DNA of 63,392 nucleotides, the filler included, from Acidimicrobiia bacterium (lineage in GTDB: Bacteria; Actinomycetota; Acidimicrobiia; Spongiisociales; JAENVV01): NCBI GenBank assembly GCA_041577335.1. It is 6 parts of 6 records of this genome, joined end to end, with 100 filler letters (N's around TTAATTAATTAA, not from the genome) between each part and the next. Parts side by side here need not be neighbours in the genome. Positions count along the whole stretch, not along the records: positions 11,843 to 23,487 come from JBFGJH010000082.1; positions 23,588 to 35,109 come from JBFGJH010000083.1; 4 more parts are not named here. One strand, written 5' to 3'. Positions 20,935 to 31,377 of this stretch are shown piece after piece (position 1 is the first letter of the stretch; each line of letters begins with the position of its first letter). The position numbers and the translations under genes were made by a program. Under the pieces are notes generated by a model. It had not been told where the DNA came from and searched no databases. It worked only from the letters and a program-made list of their open reading frames with translations.

Positions 20935-21816
20935 ATGGACGGTGTGTATGACTGGGGGATCTCGGTCATCGAGTGGCTCCAACTGGGAAGCCCGGCGCTC
21001 GACGAGTTCTTCATCCTCGTGACGCTGCTTGGAGACGAGCTGTTCCTGATCTTGGTGATACCGTGCGTCTACTGGTCGGTGGATCGTCGGTCGGGTGTGC
21101 AGATCATCCTCATCGTGCTGGCGTCGGTCGTCGTGAACAGCCTGACGAAATCCTTGCTTGGCCAGCCCCGGCCCGCCGACTACGACTCGGCGGTGACAAC
21201 ACTGGTGGATTCGTCAGGGTACGGAGTCCCCAGCGGACACTCACAAACGGCAGTGGTTCTGGCCGGATACGGATGGTGGCGATGGCCCCATCCTTTGGTC
21301 AGGGGCGCGGCGATCGCCATGACCATCGGTGTACCGCTCAGTCGCGTCTACCTCGGAGTCCACTTCCCGACTGACGTCATCGGCGGTGCTGTCGTCGCCG
21401 GGGCTGTTCTGTGGGCGGCGTACGGAGTGGGACCGCGAGCGGGCGCATGGTTCGCTCGCCTCGACTTCAGCCCCCGGCTGGTTCTCGCCATCCTGCCGGG
21501 GACGCTCGCGATGCTGGTTCGGCCCGACGAAGGAGGGTATTCGGTGGGTGGAGCGATGATCGGGCTGCTCACCGGCATCGTCATCGAGCGTCGTTGGGTC
21601 GGTTTCACGGTGTCGGGGAGCCTGGCGATGCGACTCGCCCGGTACGTGGTTGGTATGGCCGTGCTTGCTGCCGTCTTTTGGGGAATGAATGCGCTGTGGG
21701 TGGGGGCGGCCGACTGGTCCGAGGCGATCAGATATGGCGTATCGGCCGCTTGGGTCGCGCTGGGCGCTCCCTGGCTGTTCACGATCGGCGGCCGCGGTAC
21801 CCTGACCACCGTATGA
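20935..21816 (+). CDS. PAP2-family membrane phosphatase
   Basis: KxxxxxxRP, PSGH and SRVYLGVHFPTDV; TACCGT 7 nt upstream of the ATG (leaderless). Confidence 0.9.
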   Translation: MDGVYDWGISVIEWLQLGSPALDEFFILVTLLGDELFLILVIPCVYWSVDRRSGVQIILIVLASVVVNSLTKSLLGQPRPADYDSAVTTLVDSSGYGVPSGHSQTAVVLAGYGWWRWPHPLVRGAAIAMTIGVPLSRVYLGVHFPTDVIGGAVVAGAVLWAAYGVGPRAGAWFARLDFSPRLVLAILPGTLAMLVRPDEGGYSVGGAMIGLLTGIVIERRWVGFTVSGSLAMRLARYVVGMAVLAAVFWGMNALWVGAADWSEAIRYGVSAAWVALGAPWLFTIGGRGTLTTV

Positions 21817-22553
21817 AACGGTTTGGGATCGACATCGGCGGCTCGGGCGTCAAGGGTGCGCCCGTCGACCTCGACAAGGGCAAGCTTCTCACCGAGCGGT
21901 TTCGGATCCTCACCCCACAGCCTTCCACCCCGCGAGCTGTCGGTCAGGTCGTCAAGGAGATCCTCGATCGTTTCGAGTGGCAGCGGCCATTTGGTTGTGC
22001 CATGCCTTCGGTGGTGCGTCGCGGGATCGTGGAGTCGGCCGCCAACATCGACAAATCGTGGATTGGCGTGGACGGCGCCGCCTTGTTCTCCGAGATCACC
22101 GGCCGAAAGGTGTCACTTCTCAACGACGCCGATGCCGCCGGGCTCGCCGAGCTCGAGTTCGGGGCTGCCCGCAAGGAGAAGGGTCTGGTGATCCTGTTGA
22201 CGTTTGGCACCGGTATCGGCTCGGCGATGTTCATCGACGGAACCCTCGTGCCCAACACAGAATTGGGCCACCTGGAGTTCAAGGGCATCCCCGCCGAGCA
22301 CTATGCCGCCGGTCGCCTCCACGAAGGAGAAGAAGGGGAGTTGTCCTTCCATGAATGGGGCGATCGGGTCGCCGAGTATCTGCGACATCTCGAGCGCTTG
22401 TTCTCGCCGGATCTGTTCGTGATCGGCGGAGGCATCTCCAAGCAGTACTCAGAATTCCGTGACCGATTGCAGGTCGCAACCAAGGTGGTTCCCGCCAAGC
22501 TCCGCAACGAGGCCGGCATTGTCGGGGCGGCACTGGCGAGTCCCCGAAAATGA
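21813..22553 (+). CDS. ppgK: Polyphosphate glucokinase (ROK family)
   Basis: [28 protein letters not shown] and PNTELGH; ATG overlaps the PAP2 stop. Confidence 0.9.
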   Translation: MKRFGIDIGGSGVKGAPVDLDKGKLLTERFRILTPQPSTPRAVGQVVKEILDRFEWQRPFGCAMPSVVRRGIVESAANIDKSWIGVDGAALFSEITGRKVSLLNDADAAGLAELEFGAARKEKGLVILLTFGTGIGSAMFIDGTLVPNTELGHLEFKGIPAEHYAAGRLHEGEEGELSFHEWGDRVAEYLRHLERLFSPDLFVIGGGISKQYSEFRDRLQVATKVVPAKLRNEAGIVGAALASPRK

Positions 22554-22577
22554 CGGTACGGCGGGGCGTGATAGCTG

Positions 22578-23487
22578 CTAGGCGATCTCCAGTGCCGTGA
22601 ATGGCCGGGCATCTGCGGGAAAGAGCTTCACCCTGACGGTCGTTCCTTCCTGACCGTGGTCTTCGGAGACCACCTCACCTGCCCGGTGCAGGGCCGCCAA
22701 CACCTCGGCTTGGGCGTACGGAACGAATAGCTTCATGTCGACCATTTGGCCAAGCAAACGGTCCTCGACCGCTCTGGTGAGTTCCTCGATGTGCAAACCG
22801 GTGAGAGCGGAGACGGCCACGGCATCGGGGAACAATGCACGCAGTCTCGTGACAGCCACCGGGTCGGCCGTATCGAGCTTGTTCAGAACGATCAGCTCGT
22901 CGACGTTTGCGGCGCCGATTTCTGAGAGGACCTCGCGCACGGCTTCGATCTGTTTTTCGGCCGCGGCGTCGGAGGCATCGACCACATGGAGAAGCAAAGT
23001 GGCTTCGAGCGTTTCCTCCAAGGTGGAACGGAACGCTTCGACGAGTTGGTGGGGAAGGCGGTGAACGAACCCCACCGTGTCCGAGAACAGGATCGGGTCG
23101 CCGCCCGGCAGTGCCGAGCGGCGCACCGTGCTGCCCAGCGTCGAGAACAGCTGATCCTCGGTGAGCACGTCGGCGTCGGTGAGCGTGTTCAGCAGGGTCG
23201 ATTTCCCCGCATTCGTGTATCCGACGAGAGAGACGAGCGGGAGCTCGGCTCGTTGGCGCGACTTCCGTTGCGTGGCGCGTGTCTGGGAGAGCCCCTGGAG
23301 CTCGCGCTGTAATCGGGCGATTCGCTGTTGGATACGGCGCCGATCGGTTTCGAGCTTGGTTTCGCCCGGCCCGCGTGTGCCGATGCCTCCGGCTTGACGC
23401 GACAGCTGAGTTCCTTTGCCGCGCAGGCGGGGCAGATGGTATTGCAGCAAAGCGAGCTCGACTTGGAGCATCCCTTCTCGCGACACC
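22578..23487 (-). CDS. hflX: GTPase HflX, 3' part (5' truncated at contig end)
   Basis: [27 protein letters not shown] and NKLD. Confidence 0.95.
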
Positions 23488-23587
23488 NNNNNNNNNNNNN
23501 NNNNNNNNNNNNNNNNNNNNNNNNNNNNNNNTTAATTAATTAANNNNNNNNNNNNNNNNNNNNNNNNNNNNNNNNNNNNNNNNNNNN
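23488..23587. other. Artificial contig spacer
   Basis: N run with TTAATTAATTAA. Confidence 0.99.
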
Positions 23588-24152
23588 GAGGGAGGTTGAT
23601 GCCCTCCTTGACGCCGATGACCGCTGGAAGAGGGACCGAGTACACCTCAAACCCCGCGGGGGTCTGGCGCTTGGCACGGGCCGATTCCGAGTCGAGGGCG
23701 ATTCCTTTGATGCCGTTTACGACGGGTCGTTGGAGTGCGCGCGCAACCCTGATCCCGACTTGGAAGTTGCCGGCGTCGGCCGAGTCGTTGCCGAAGAGGA
23801 TCAGATCGAAAGTGCCACCTTCCGACTCCAGGTCGCCGATCACCTTGGTGAGTCCCTGGGCCGTTGCCTGAGGATCCCAATCCTCACCGTTGCGGATGGC
23901 TAGCACTGCGTGGTCGGCGCCGACCGATACCGCGGTTCGGAGTTGCTCGATCGAGGCGTCGTCCCCGAGGGTGAGCACGGTCACGCTGCCTCCGAGGCGC
24001 TCGACGATCTGGACGGCTTCTTCGATGGCGCACTCTTCGTGCGGGCTCACCGTGTGGCCGAGATTGGCGGCGTCGATCGACCGGGCATCTGCCATCAGCG
24101 GGATGCGCGCTCCGGGAGCCGGGACACGCTTCACACAAACGAGCACCCGCAT
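23588..24152 (-). CDS. etfB: Electron transfer flavoprotein beta subunit (3' truncated)
   Basis: MRVLVCVKRVP, ECAIEEAV, DLILFG-x-DS-x-D and LPAVIGV. Confidence 0.88.
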
Positions 24153-24154
24153 CG

Positions 24155-26650
24155 CTACTGCTTCATCCGTTCATCGTCAGGATCGAAGAGGGGCTGGCTA
24201 CCGACGCGAGCCACCTTCACCGGGAACAGCTCGTTCATGTACATCACCTGGAGCGATGTGCCTTCGACCGCGTATTCGGGGGGAAGGTAGGCAAGGAGCA
24301 AATAGGCGTCCAGCGATGGTGCTGCACCGGCGGTGGTCACATACGAAGGCCTCCCATGACTGTCGACGATGCGGCCCCCCTCAGCAGTGAGGATGGGCTC
24401 GTTGCCCATCGGGTAGCGCTTGATACCCGAAGCAGAGGTCTGGTCCTCCATTGTGAGCGTGCAGAGCGTGGCGGCCACGTCGGCGTCGCGGGCTGCCAGA
24501 TACGCGTCTTTGCCGATGAAGTCGGCCGACTTCACCCGGGGGCGCGCCAGGCCGGCCTCGACCGGGTTGTACTCCGATTCCAGCTCGGCGCCCATCAGGC
24601 GGTAGCCCTTTTCGATACGGCCCGTGGTGCCGTAGACGCCCGCTCCGACAGGCACGATGTGGTGACCCTGGCCGGCCTCCCACAGTGCATCCCACAGGGC
24701 CGGGCCCTTTGCCCACTCCGTGTAGATCTCCCATCCGAGGTCGCCGACATATGAGATTCGGAACATCCTCGTGGCGATGCCGGCGATGGTGACCTCCTGA
24801 GTGGTGCCATACGGGAAGGCATCGTTGCCGAGGTCGGCTTCGGTGAGACTCTGCACCAGATCGCGTGCTTTCGGTCCCCACACACCGATCGTGGTGATCT
24901 CGTCGCTGCGATCGGTGAAGTCGACCGAGTTCGGCTTGTGTTTGAGGAACCAGAACTTGTCGCGAGGACCGTCGAACGCCCCGGTCATCACCCGATAGTG
25001 CTCGTCGCCGAGGCGCATCACGGTCAGATCCGACTTGAAGCCGCCCTTTTCCGTGAGTAAGGGGGTGTAGATGGCCGACCCGATCGGCTTGTCGATCTGG
25101 TTCACCGTCATGTGCTGGATGAAATCTCGGGTGCCTTCGCCGACGAAGTCGAATATCTGAAAGGCCGACAGGTCGACCATACCGACGTTCTCCCGCATCG
25201 CCAGGTGTTCGGCGTTCTGGATCGGCGACCACCAGCGTGCGTCCCACTCGTGGGGTCGAGATTCGACGCCATATTTCTCGACCAGCGGAGCGTTCGACTC
25301 GTACCAGTGCGGGCGCTCGTAGCCTCCGGCCAGGAAGTACACGGCGCCGAGCGCGGCCGTCCGATCGTGGAACGGCGCCTGCTTCACGTCGCGCCGTGAC
25401 GCCCATTGCTCTCGGGGGTGCACGATTCCATACGTCTTGTTGAAGTGCTCCGCACATCGGGCGAGGACATGCTCCTCGGAGCGCTCGTGGTCGTAGAGAC
25501 GGGCAACGTCAGACGAGTGCGGATCGAGCTCCGGGTAGCCGTTGGTCATCCAGTCGGCGACCAGCTCGGCAATGCCCGGCCCCTCCTTGATCCACACCGC
25601 AGCTGCCGACCACAGATTCCGGACTTCAACTGTTTCGCCGAGCAGCGGCATTGCGTCGGGCGTCAGTGACAACAGCCCGTTGATGCCGTATTTGATCTCG
25701 GCCGTCGACAGGATCTCGGGCATGAGCTCCAGGGCTTGCTCGAGCTGCGGGTCGAAGTCATCCATGGTGAGGGGCAGCTCGGTCGGCGACAGCCGCGATT
25801 CGGCGATCGAGGGGATGTCGTTGGGGTGATGGAAGATGGGCCGGTGTGCGTAGGAGCCGACTTCCATGGAGCCACCGGTTTGGCGCTCGTAGCAGAACGT
25901 ATCCATGTCGCGGACGATCGGATAGCCGATTTCGTTGTTGGTCGCTTGGAGCACGTCGATCGGGCCAACGTCGATCATCTGGTGCACGGCCGGCGTCAGC
26001 GGGATGGTGGCCCCCGCCATTTCGGCGATGCGAGGGCTCCACACTCCGCAGGCCACCACGACGTGCTCAGCTGCGATTCGACCCTTGTCGGTGACCACGG
26101 CAGAGATTGCGCCGTCGGTCGTCTCGAGATCCAGAACCTCGGTGTTGGGGACGATGGTGGCCCCGACTGCTTGTGCCTTCTCTCTCATGATCGTGCCTGC
26201 CCGCAGCGAGTCGACCACCGACACACTCGGCGTGTAGAAGCCGCCGACCAGGATCTCTTCGTTGATGAAGGGCACCTTTTCTTTGACTTCTTTCGGCGTG
26301 AGGAGGTAGGCCTCGATTCCCCACGATGTCGCCGATGTCATACGGCGGCGAAGTTCCTCCATTCGTTCTTCGGTACGAGCAACTTCGATGCCCCCACAGG
26401 TGGTTTGGACACCCATCTCCTCGAACTGGCGCTGGCTCTCGAGCGTCAGCATCGTCATTTCCTTGTTGTGGTCAACCGGGAAGATGAAGTTCGATGCGTG
26501 GCCGGTCGAACCGCCCGGGTTGGGGAGCGGGCCCTTGTCGATCTGGACGATGTCGGTCCATCCCCGGTCCGCGAGGTGGCCGACGAGGCAGTTGCCGACG
26601 ATGCCGGCGCCGATGACGACGACTTTTGCTTGCTGGGGAAGATCAGTCAC
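24155..26650 (-). CDS. Dimethylglycine/sarcosine dehydrogenase-like FAD oxidoreductase with GcvT (folate-binding) domain
   Basis: VIGAGIVG, GSTGHA (covalent-FAD His position), TPDAMPLLG, SYVGDLGWE and RIEKGY. Confidence 0.9.
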   Translation of the reverse strand: MTDLPQQAKVVVIGAGIVGNCLVGHLADRGWTDIVQIDKGPLPNPGGSTGHASNFIFPVDHNKEMTMLTLESQRQFEEMGVQTTCGGIEVARTEERMEELRRRMTSATSWGIEAYLLTPKEVKEKVPFINEEILVGGFYTPSVSVVDSLRAGTIMREKAQAVGATIVPNTEVLDLETTDGAISAVVTDKGRIAAEHVVVACGVWSPRIAEMAGATIPLTPAVHQMIDVGPIDVLQATNNEIGYPIVRDMDTFCYERQTGGSMEVGSYAHRPIFHHPNDIPSIAESRLSPTELPLTMDDFDPQLEQALELMPEILSTAEIKYGINGLLSLTPDAMPLLGETVEVRNLWSAAAVWIKEGPGIAELVADWMTNGYPELDPHSSDVARLYDHERSEEHVLARCAEHFNKTYGIVHPREQWASRRDVKQAPFHDRTAALGAVYFLAGGYERPHWYESNAPLVEKYGVESRPHEWDARWWSPIQNAEHLAMRENVGMVDLSAFQIFDFVGEGTRDFIQHMTVNQIDKPIGSAIYTPLLTEKGGFKSDLTVMRLGDEHYRVMTGAFDGPRDKFWFLKHKPNSVDFTDRSDEITTIGVWGPKARDLVQSLTEADLGNDAFPYGTTQEVTIAGIATRMFRISYVGDLGWEIYTEWAKGPALWDALWEAGQGHHIVPVGAGVYGTTGRIEKGYRLMGAELESEYNPVEAGLARPRVKSADFIGKDAYLAARDADVAATLCTLTMEDQTSASGIKRYPMGNEPILTAEGGRIVDSHGRPSYVTTAGAAPSLDAYLLLAYLPPEYAVEGTSLQVMYMNELFPVKVARVGSQPLFDPDDERMKQ

Positions 26651-26684
26651 CCGAGGCTCCTTCCGAGGCGAAGGTTTCTTCGCA

Positions 26685-26699
26685 CACCACGATGCGGAA
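26685..26699. promoter_or_regulatory. Putative operator, degenerate copy (minus strand TTCCGCATCGTGGTG)
   Basis: Downstream of the minus-strand promoter TCGACA (26749-26744), 18 nt, TAAGCT (26725-26720); 12/15 match to the copy at 26832. Confidence 0.5.
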
Positions 26700-26831
26700 T
26701 CTGTCTGAGAACAGGAGGCAGCTTACCGTGCGCCCTCCAGCGCTGTCGAACCTCGCTCGGTCAATGAGAATGGGAGTGTTTTGGTGGACAAGTGACCCGT
26801 GGCGCCGGTATTCTGCGCCCAACAACCGTCG

Positions 26832-26846
26832 TTCCACATCGTGGAA
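26832..26846. promoter_or_regulatory. Putative IclR-like operator TTCCAC-ATC-GTGGAA
   Basis: Perfect 6-3-6 palindrome downstream of TGGACA (26785-26790), 18 nt, TATTCT (26809-26814). Confidence 0.6.
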
Positions 26847-26863
26847 TCTTGTCGAGGTGGCCA

Positions 26864-27568
26864 ATGAGCGAAGAAGAAGAACTCGACCTGTCGTCGCTGA
26901 ACGACGATGAGCTCACCGAGCAGATGCACGACGACCTGTACGACGGGTTGGCCGACGAGATCACCGAAGGAACCAATATTCTGCTCGGCCGCGGATGGAG
27001 CCCCGACCGGGTCTTGAATGATGCTCTCGTCGAGGGCATGCGGATCGTCGGGATCGACTTCCGAGACGGGATCTTGTTCGTTCCCGAGGTGTTGCTTGCG
27101 GCCAACGCGATGAAGGCAGGAATGTCGATCCTGCGGCCGCTGCTCGCCGAAACAGGTGCCGAGCCCATTGGCAAGGTTGTCATCGGAACCGTCAAGGGCG
27201 ATATCCATGACATCGGCAAGAACCTCGTCGCCATGATGATGGAAGGTGCCGGGTTCGAGGTCATCGACCTGGGAATCAACAACCCCGTCGAGGACTACCT
27301 CGCCGCCCTCGAGGAGCACCAGCCCGACATCCTGGGCATGTCTGCGCTTCTCACCACCACAATGCCATACATGAAGGTCGTGATCGACTCGCTCAAGGAG
27401 CAAGGCCTTCGCGACAAGTACATCGTGCTCGTTGGCGGCGCTCCGCTCAACGAGGAATTCGGTGACGCCGTGGGCGCAGACGCCTATTGCCGTGATGCCG
27501 CCGTCGCTGCCGAGACTGCCAAGCGGCTGGTGCTGGAGCGGCGCAAGCTCATGGCCGAAGATGCCTGA
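26864..27568 (+). CDS. Corrinoid (B12-binding) methyl-carrier protein
   Basis: Cap domain LFVPEVLLAA, GTVKGDIHDIGKNLV, SALLTTT and VGGAP. Confidence 0.95.
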   Translation: MSEEEELDLSSLNDDELTEQMHDDLYDGLADEITEGTNILLGRGWSPDRVLNDALVEGMRIVGIDFRDGILFVPEVLLAANAMKAGMSILRPLLAETGAEPIGKVVIGTVKGDIHDIGKNLVAMMMEGAGFEVIDLGINNPVEDYLAALEEHQPDILGMSALLTTTMPYMKVVIDSLKEQGLRDKYIVLVGGAPLNEEFGDAVGADAYCRDAAVAAETAKRLVLERRKLMAEDA

Positions 27569-28169
27569 GGCCGGCACCGTTCTCGTTCTTGCCTGTGGGG
27601 CACTCGCCCGGGAACTGCTGGAAATCGTGAAGATCAACGATTTCGACCATGTGAAGGTGGAGTGCCTACCGGCCATTCTCCACAACCACCCCGACCGAAT
27701 CCCCGGAGCGGTTGCGGAACGACTCGACTCGGTAGCTGGCCACTTTGATCATGTGTTCGTTGGTTACGCAGACTGTGGCACGGGTGGCATGCTCGACAGG
27801 GTGCTGGACGAGAGAGGCGTTGAACGTCTTCCGGGCTCCCATTGCTACGAGTTCTTTGCCACCGGCCCAGTGTTCAGCGAACTCCACGAGGCGGAGATTG
27901 GCACGCTGTACCTCACCGACTACCTCGTGCGGCATTTCGATCGGCTGATCTTTCGGGGCCTGGGCCTCGACCGCCACCCCGAGCTGCGGGACGCATACTT
28001 CGGCAACTACACCCGGCTGCTCTACCTGGCCCAGACCGATGACTCGGCTCTCACGGTGCAGGCCGAAGAGGCAGCCGCCCGCCTCGGCCTGCGCTTCGAG
28101 CGCCGGTCGACGGATTACGGCGAGCTGCAATCGACTGTTGTGGAGTTCACTCACCGGAAGGCCGGATGA
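27561..28169 (+). CDS. DUF1638 family protein
   Basis: LACGALARE, LHNHP, YADCGTGG, HCYEFF and YFGNY; typical neighbour of corrinoid clusters. Confidence 0.8.
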   Translation: MPEAGTVLVLACGALARELLEIVKINDFDHVKVECLPAILHNHPDRIPGAVAERLDSVAGHFDHVFVGYADCGTGGMLDRVLDERGVERLPGSHCYEFFATGPVFSELHEAEIGTLYLTDYLVRHFDRLIFRGLGLDRHPELRDAYFGNYTRLLYLAQTDDSALTVQAEEAAARLGLRFERRSTDYGELQSTVVEFTHRKAG

Positions 28170-28471
28170 TGGCGCAGCTCATCACCATCTATTGGCGCGA
28201 TATCCCCGCTCAAGTGACGGCCCGGGACGGTCGACGCAAGGCGAGTGTCCAACTCGAGGATCGGTTCCAGATTGCGATCGATCGTGCTGCGGCTACCGCC
28301 GGGTTGGAAACCACCGACGACTATTTGGGCGAGTGGCACCGGCAAACGTCGGACACGCCTGGAGAAGATCTGCAAGCCGAAGTTGAAGCGGCTGCCGAAG
28401 CGTTGGAGGCCGCCTTCCCACAAGCTTTGCTTCAGAAATACGTCGTCAACGGCGGCCTCACCCCCGCCTGA
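28166..28471 (+). CDS. Small conserved protein of the so-called virulence factor family
   Basis: IYWRDIPAQV, RFQIAIDRAA and DDYLGEW. Confidence 0.75.
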   Translation: MMAQLITIYWRDIPAQVTARDGRRKASVQLEDRFQIAIDRAAATAGLETTDDYLGEWHRQTSDTPGEDLQAEVEAAAEALEAAFPQALLQKYVVNGGLTPA

Positions 28472-28484
28472 CTGGGAAGGAACC

Positions 28485-29387
28485 ATGACTCGCACCGTCG
28501 TCAGTAGCGCCACCAAGGAAGTGGTCATCGGTTTCGATGAGCGTTTTGTCATCATCGGAGAGCGCATCAATCCCACGGGTCGGAAGCTGCTCGCCGCCGA
28601 GATGAAGGAAGGCGATTTCAGTCGGGTTGAGTCCGACACCCTCGCTCAGGTGGCTTCGGGTGCTCACATGCTCGACGTCAACGCCGGGATCCCCCTTGCC
28701 GACGAGCCTGCCATCCTGGCCGCCACGGTGAAGCTGGTGCAGTCGCTCACCGATGTGCCGCTGTCTATCGATTCGTCAATCGTGGAAGCGCTCGAAGCGG
28801 GCCTTTCGGTGTACCAGGGCAAGGCGTTGGTCAACTCCGTGACCGGTGAGGACGAGCAGATGGAGCGGGTACTCCCGCTCGTGGCCAAATACGGCGCGGC
28901 AGTGGTTGCCATCTCCAACGACGAGACCGGCATCTCCGAAGACCCCGATGTTCGCTTCGAGGTCGCTCGCAAGATCGTCAGCCGCGCCGCCGACCACGGC
29001 ATCTCCAGGGACGACGTGGTGGTGGATCCTCTGGTGATGCCCATAGGGGCGATGGCAACGGCTGGGCAACAGGTGTTCCGCCTCGTCCGAAGACTCAGAG
29101 AAGAACTGGGCGTCAACACCACATGTGGCGCGTCCAACGTGTCGTTCGGGCTACCCAACCGTGATGGCATCAACGCGGCTTTCCTGACCATGGCAATGGC
29201 GGCGGGCATGACCTCCGCAATCACCAATCCGCTCCACTCGTCCGTGAAGGCGGCAATCATGGCGGGCGACGTGCTCCTCGGCCACGACCGCGATTCCGCG
29301 GCATGGATCGCCGCCAATCGCGAACCAGGCTCCGAAGATCGGGGCAGGCGCCGTAGCGGGCGTCGAAGAGGTGGTCCCACTGCCTGA
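28485..29387 (+). CDS. Methyltetrahydrofolate:corrinoid methyltransferase (pterin-binding domain)
   Basis: IIGERINPTGRK, LDVNAG, PLSIDSS, VDPLV and GASNVSFGLP. Confidence 0.92.
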   Translation: MTRTVVSSATKEVVIGFDERFVIIGERINPTGRKLLAAEMKEGDFSRVESDTLAQVASGAHMLDVNAGIPLADEPAILAATVKLVQSLTDVPLSIDSSIVEALEAGLSVYQGKALVNSVTGEDEQMERVLPLVAKYGAAVVAISNDETGISEDPDVRFEVARKIVSRAADHGISRDDVVVDPLVMPIGAMATAGQQVFRLVRRLREELGVNTTCGASNVSFGLPNRDGINAAFLTMAMAAGMTSAITNPLHSSVKAAIMAGDVLLGHDRDSAAWIAANREPGSEDRGRRRSGRRRGGPTA

Positions 29388-31377
29388 CCACCTCATCGTC
29401 TTCACTCCGTCTGGCCGCCGGGGCACGGTCGCCGACGACTCGTCCGTGCTCGATGCGGCGCGCAGTCTCGGGGTGGATCTCGACTCCGTGTGCGGAGGGC
29501 GCGGCATCTGCGGCCGTTGCCAGGTGATGCCGATGGATGGTGAGTTCCAGAAACATGGTCTCACGTCATCACCATCACACCTGTCGGCTCTCGGGGAAGT
29601 CGAGGTGGCTTACCGCGATCGAAAAGGGCTTGCCGAGGGCCGACGGCTTGGGTGTATGGCTCGAATCTCCGGCGCGCTGCTCGTCGATGTGCCTGCCGAG
29701 AGCCAGGTACATCGCCAAGTCGTGCGCAAAGACGTGGATCTCGGCAGCGTTGAGGTCGATCCCGTGCTGCATTTCTATTACGTGGAAGTCGCCGAGCCCC
29801 AACTCGACGATCCGACCGGCGATGTCGAACGGCTCCTTCGCGCTCTGGCCGACCAGTGGGATCTCGTCGGGATCGCGGTGGAGGTCCGGGCGCTTCTCGA
29901 GCTCCAGAAGGCCCTCCGGAAGGGGGCATGGGCGGTAACCGTGGCAGTGCGAGACGGACGCGATGTAGTGGCGGCGTGGCCGGGCTATCACGACGTGAAG
30001 CTCGGCGTGGCGGTGGATGTCGGTTCCACGACCATCGCCGGACACCTTGCCGATCTCCGCACCGGCGATGTGTTGGCATCGGCAGGGCGGATGAACCCAC
30101 AGATTCGGTTCGGCGAGGATCTCATGTCGAGGGTTTCCTACGTGATGATGAACCCTGGGGGAGAGATCGAGCTGACCTCTGCGGTGCGAGCGGCACTCGA
30201 TGAGTTGGTTGGCGAACTGGTCGAGCAAGCGGGTGTCGATCGGCGCGATGTGCTGGAGATCACCCTCGTCGGCAACCCCATCATGCATCATCTCGCCCTC
30301 GGCCTCGATCCGCGACCGCTCGGTGAGGCACCGTTCGCGCTCGTCACTGATCGAGCCGTTTCGCTCCCGGCGTCCGAACTGGCCATCGAAGCGCATCCAG
30401 CAGCGCGCGCCTACTTTCTGCCATGCATCGCCGGGCACGTCGGAGCGGACACGGCGGGCGCAATCCTTGCCGATCGCCCGCAGGATCGAGCCGGCGTGCA
30501 GCTGCTCGTCGACGTCGGCACCAATGCCGAAATCGTGCTTGGCAACGGCGAACGTTTGCTGGCGGCCTCGAGCCCCACGGGCCCTGCCTTCGAGGGCGCC
30601 CAGATATCCAGTGGTCAGCGCGCCGCGCCGGGCGCCATCGAACGGGTGCGCATCGACCGAGACACGCTCGAGCCGCGTTTCAGTGTCATCGGGTCCGAGA
30701 TTTGGTCCGATGAGGAAGGATTCGAGGAGGCTGTTGCCGAGATCGGTGTGAATGGGATCTGTGGCTCGGGGATCATCGAGGCTGTCGCCGAGCTCATGCT
30801 GGCTGGGGTCATGAACAGCGATGGTGTCATAGAAGGGTCGGCGGTGGAACGAACCGACCGGGTGATCGCCGATGGGCGAACGTTCTCGTATCGGCTGTGG
30901 GGCGACATCCTCGTTACTCAAAACGACATACGCGCCATCCAACTCGCCAAGGCCGCCCTCTACGCGGGCATTCGCCTGCTCATGGATCATCTCGGTTCTG
31001 ACACAGTCGACGGCATTCGCCTCGCCGGCGCGTTCGGCAGCCACATCGACGTGAAATACGCCATGGCGCTGGGCCTGCTGCCCGACTGCGACCTCGAGCA
31101 CGTATTGTCGTCCGGCAACGCTGCCGGCGCCGGCGCCCTGATCGCGCTGCTGTCGGGTGCGGCCCGCCGTGACATCGAGTCGGCTGTTCGCAAGATCGAG
31201 AAGATCGAGACTGCCACGGAGCCACGTTTTCAGGAACACTTCGTAGAGGCAATGGCGATACCCCACAAGACCGCGGCCTACCCACACCTCTCGCGTGTTG
31301 TTCAATTGCCAGAACGCACAACTGTGCCTGCCACGCGGCGGCGCTCGAGGCGACGATCCCAACAGGAGGACGTATGA
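29371..31377 (+). CDS. ASKHA-type reductive activator of corrinoid proteins (RACE/AcsV-like) with N-terminal 2Fe-2S domain
   Basis: CGGRGICGRC...C, DVGSTT, DVGTNAE, GPAFEG, GICGSG and LAGAFG. Confidence 0.92.
   Translation: MVPLPDHLIVFTPSGRRGTVADDSSVLDAARSLGVDLDSVCGGRGICGRCQVMPMDGEFQKHGLTSSPSHLSALGEVEVAYRDRKGLAEGRRLGCMARISGALLVDVPAESQVHRQVVRKDVDLGSVEVDPVLHFYYVEVAEPQLDDPTGDVERLLRALADQWDLVGIAVEVRALLELQKALRKGAWAVTVAVRDGRDVVAAWPGYHDVKLGVAVDVGSTTIAGHLADLRTGDVLASAGRMNPQIRFGEDLMSRVSYVMMNPGGEIELTSAVRAALDELVGELVEQAGVDRRDVLEITLVGNPIMHHLALGLDPRPLGEAPFALVTDRAVSLPASELAIEAHPAARAYFLPCIAGHVGADTAGAILADRPQDRAGVQLLVDVGTNAEIVLGNGERLLAASSPTGPAFEGAQISSGQRAAPGAIERVRIDRDTLEPRFSVIGSEIWSDEEGFEEAVAEIGVNGICGSGIIEAVAELMLAGVMNSDGVIEGSAVERTDRVIADGRTFSYRLWGDILVTQNDIRAIQLAKAALYAGIRLLMDHLGSDTVDGIRLAGAFGSHIDVKYAMALGLLPDCDLEHVLSSGNAAGAGALIALLSGAARRDIESAVRKIEKIETATEPRFQEHFVEAMAIPHKTAAYPHLSRVVQLPERTTVPATRRRSRRRSQQEDV

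Noticed and set aside
22578..23487. hflX pseudogene or duplication
   Set aside because: The two pieces are complementary halves at contig ends with a short overlap, which indicates an assembly break.
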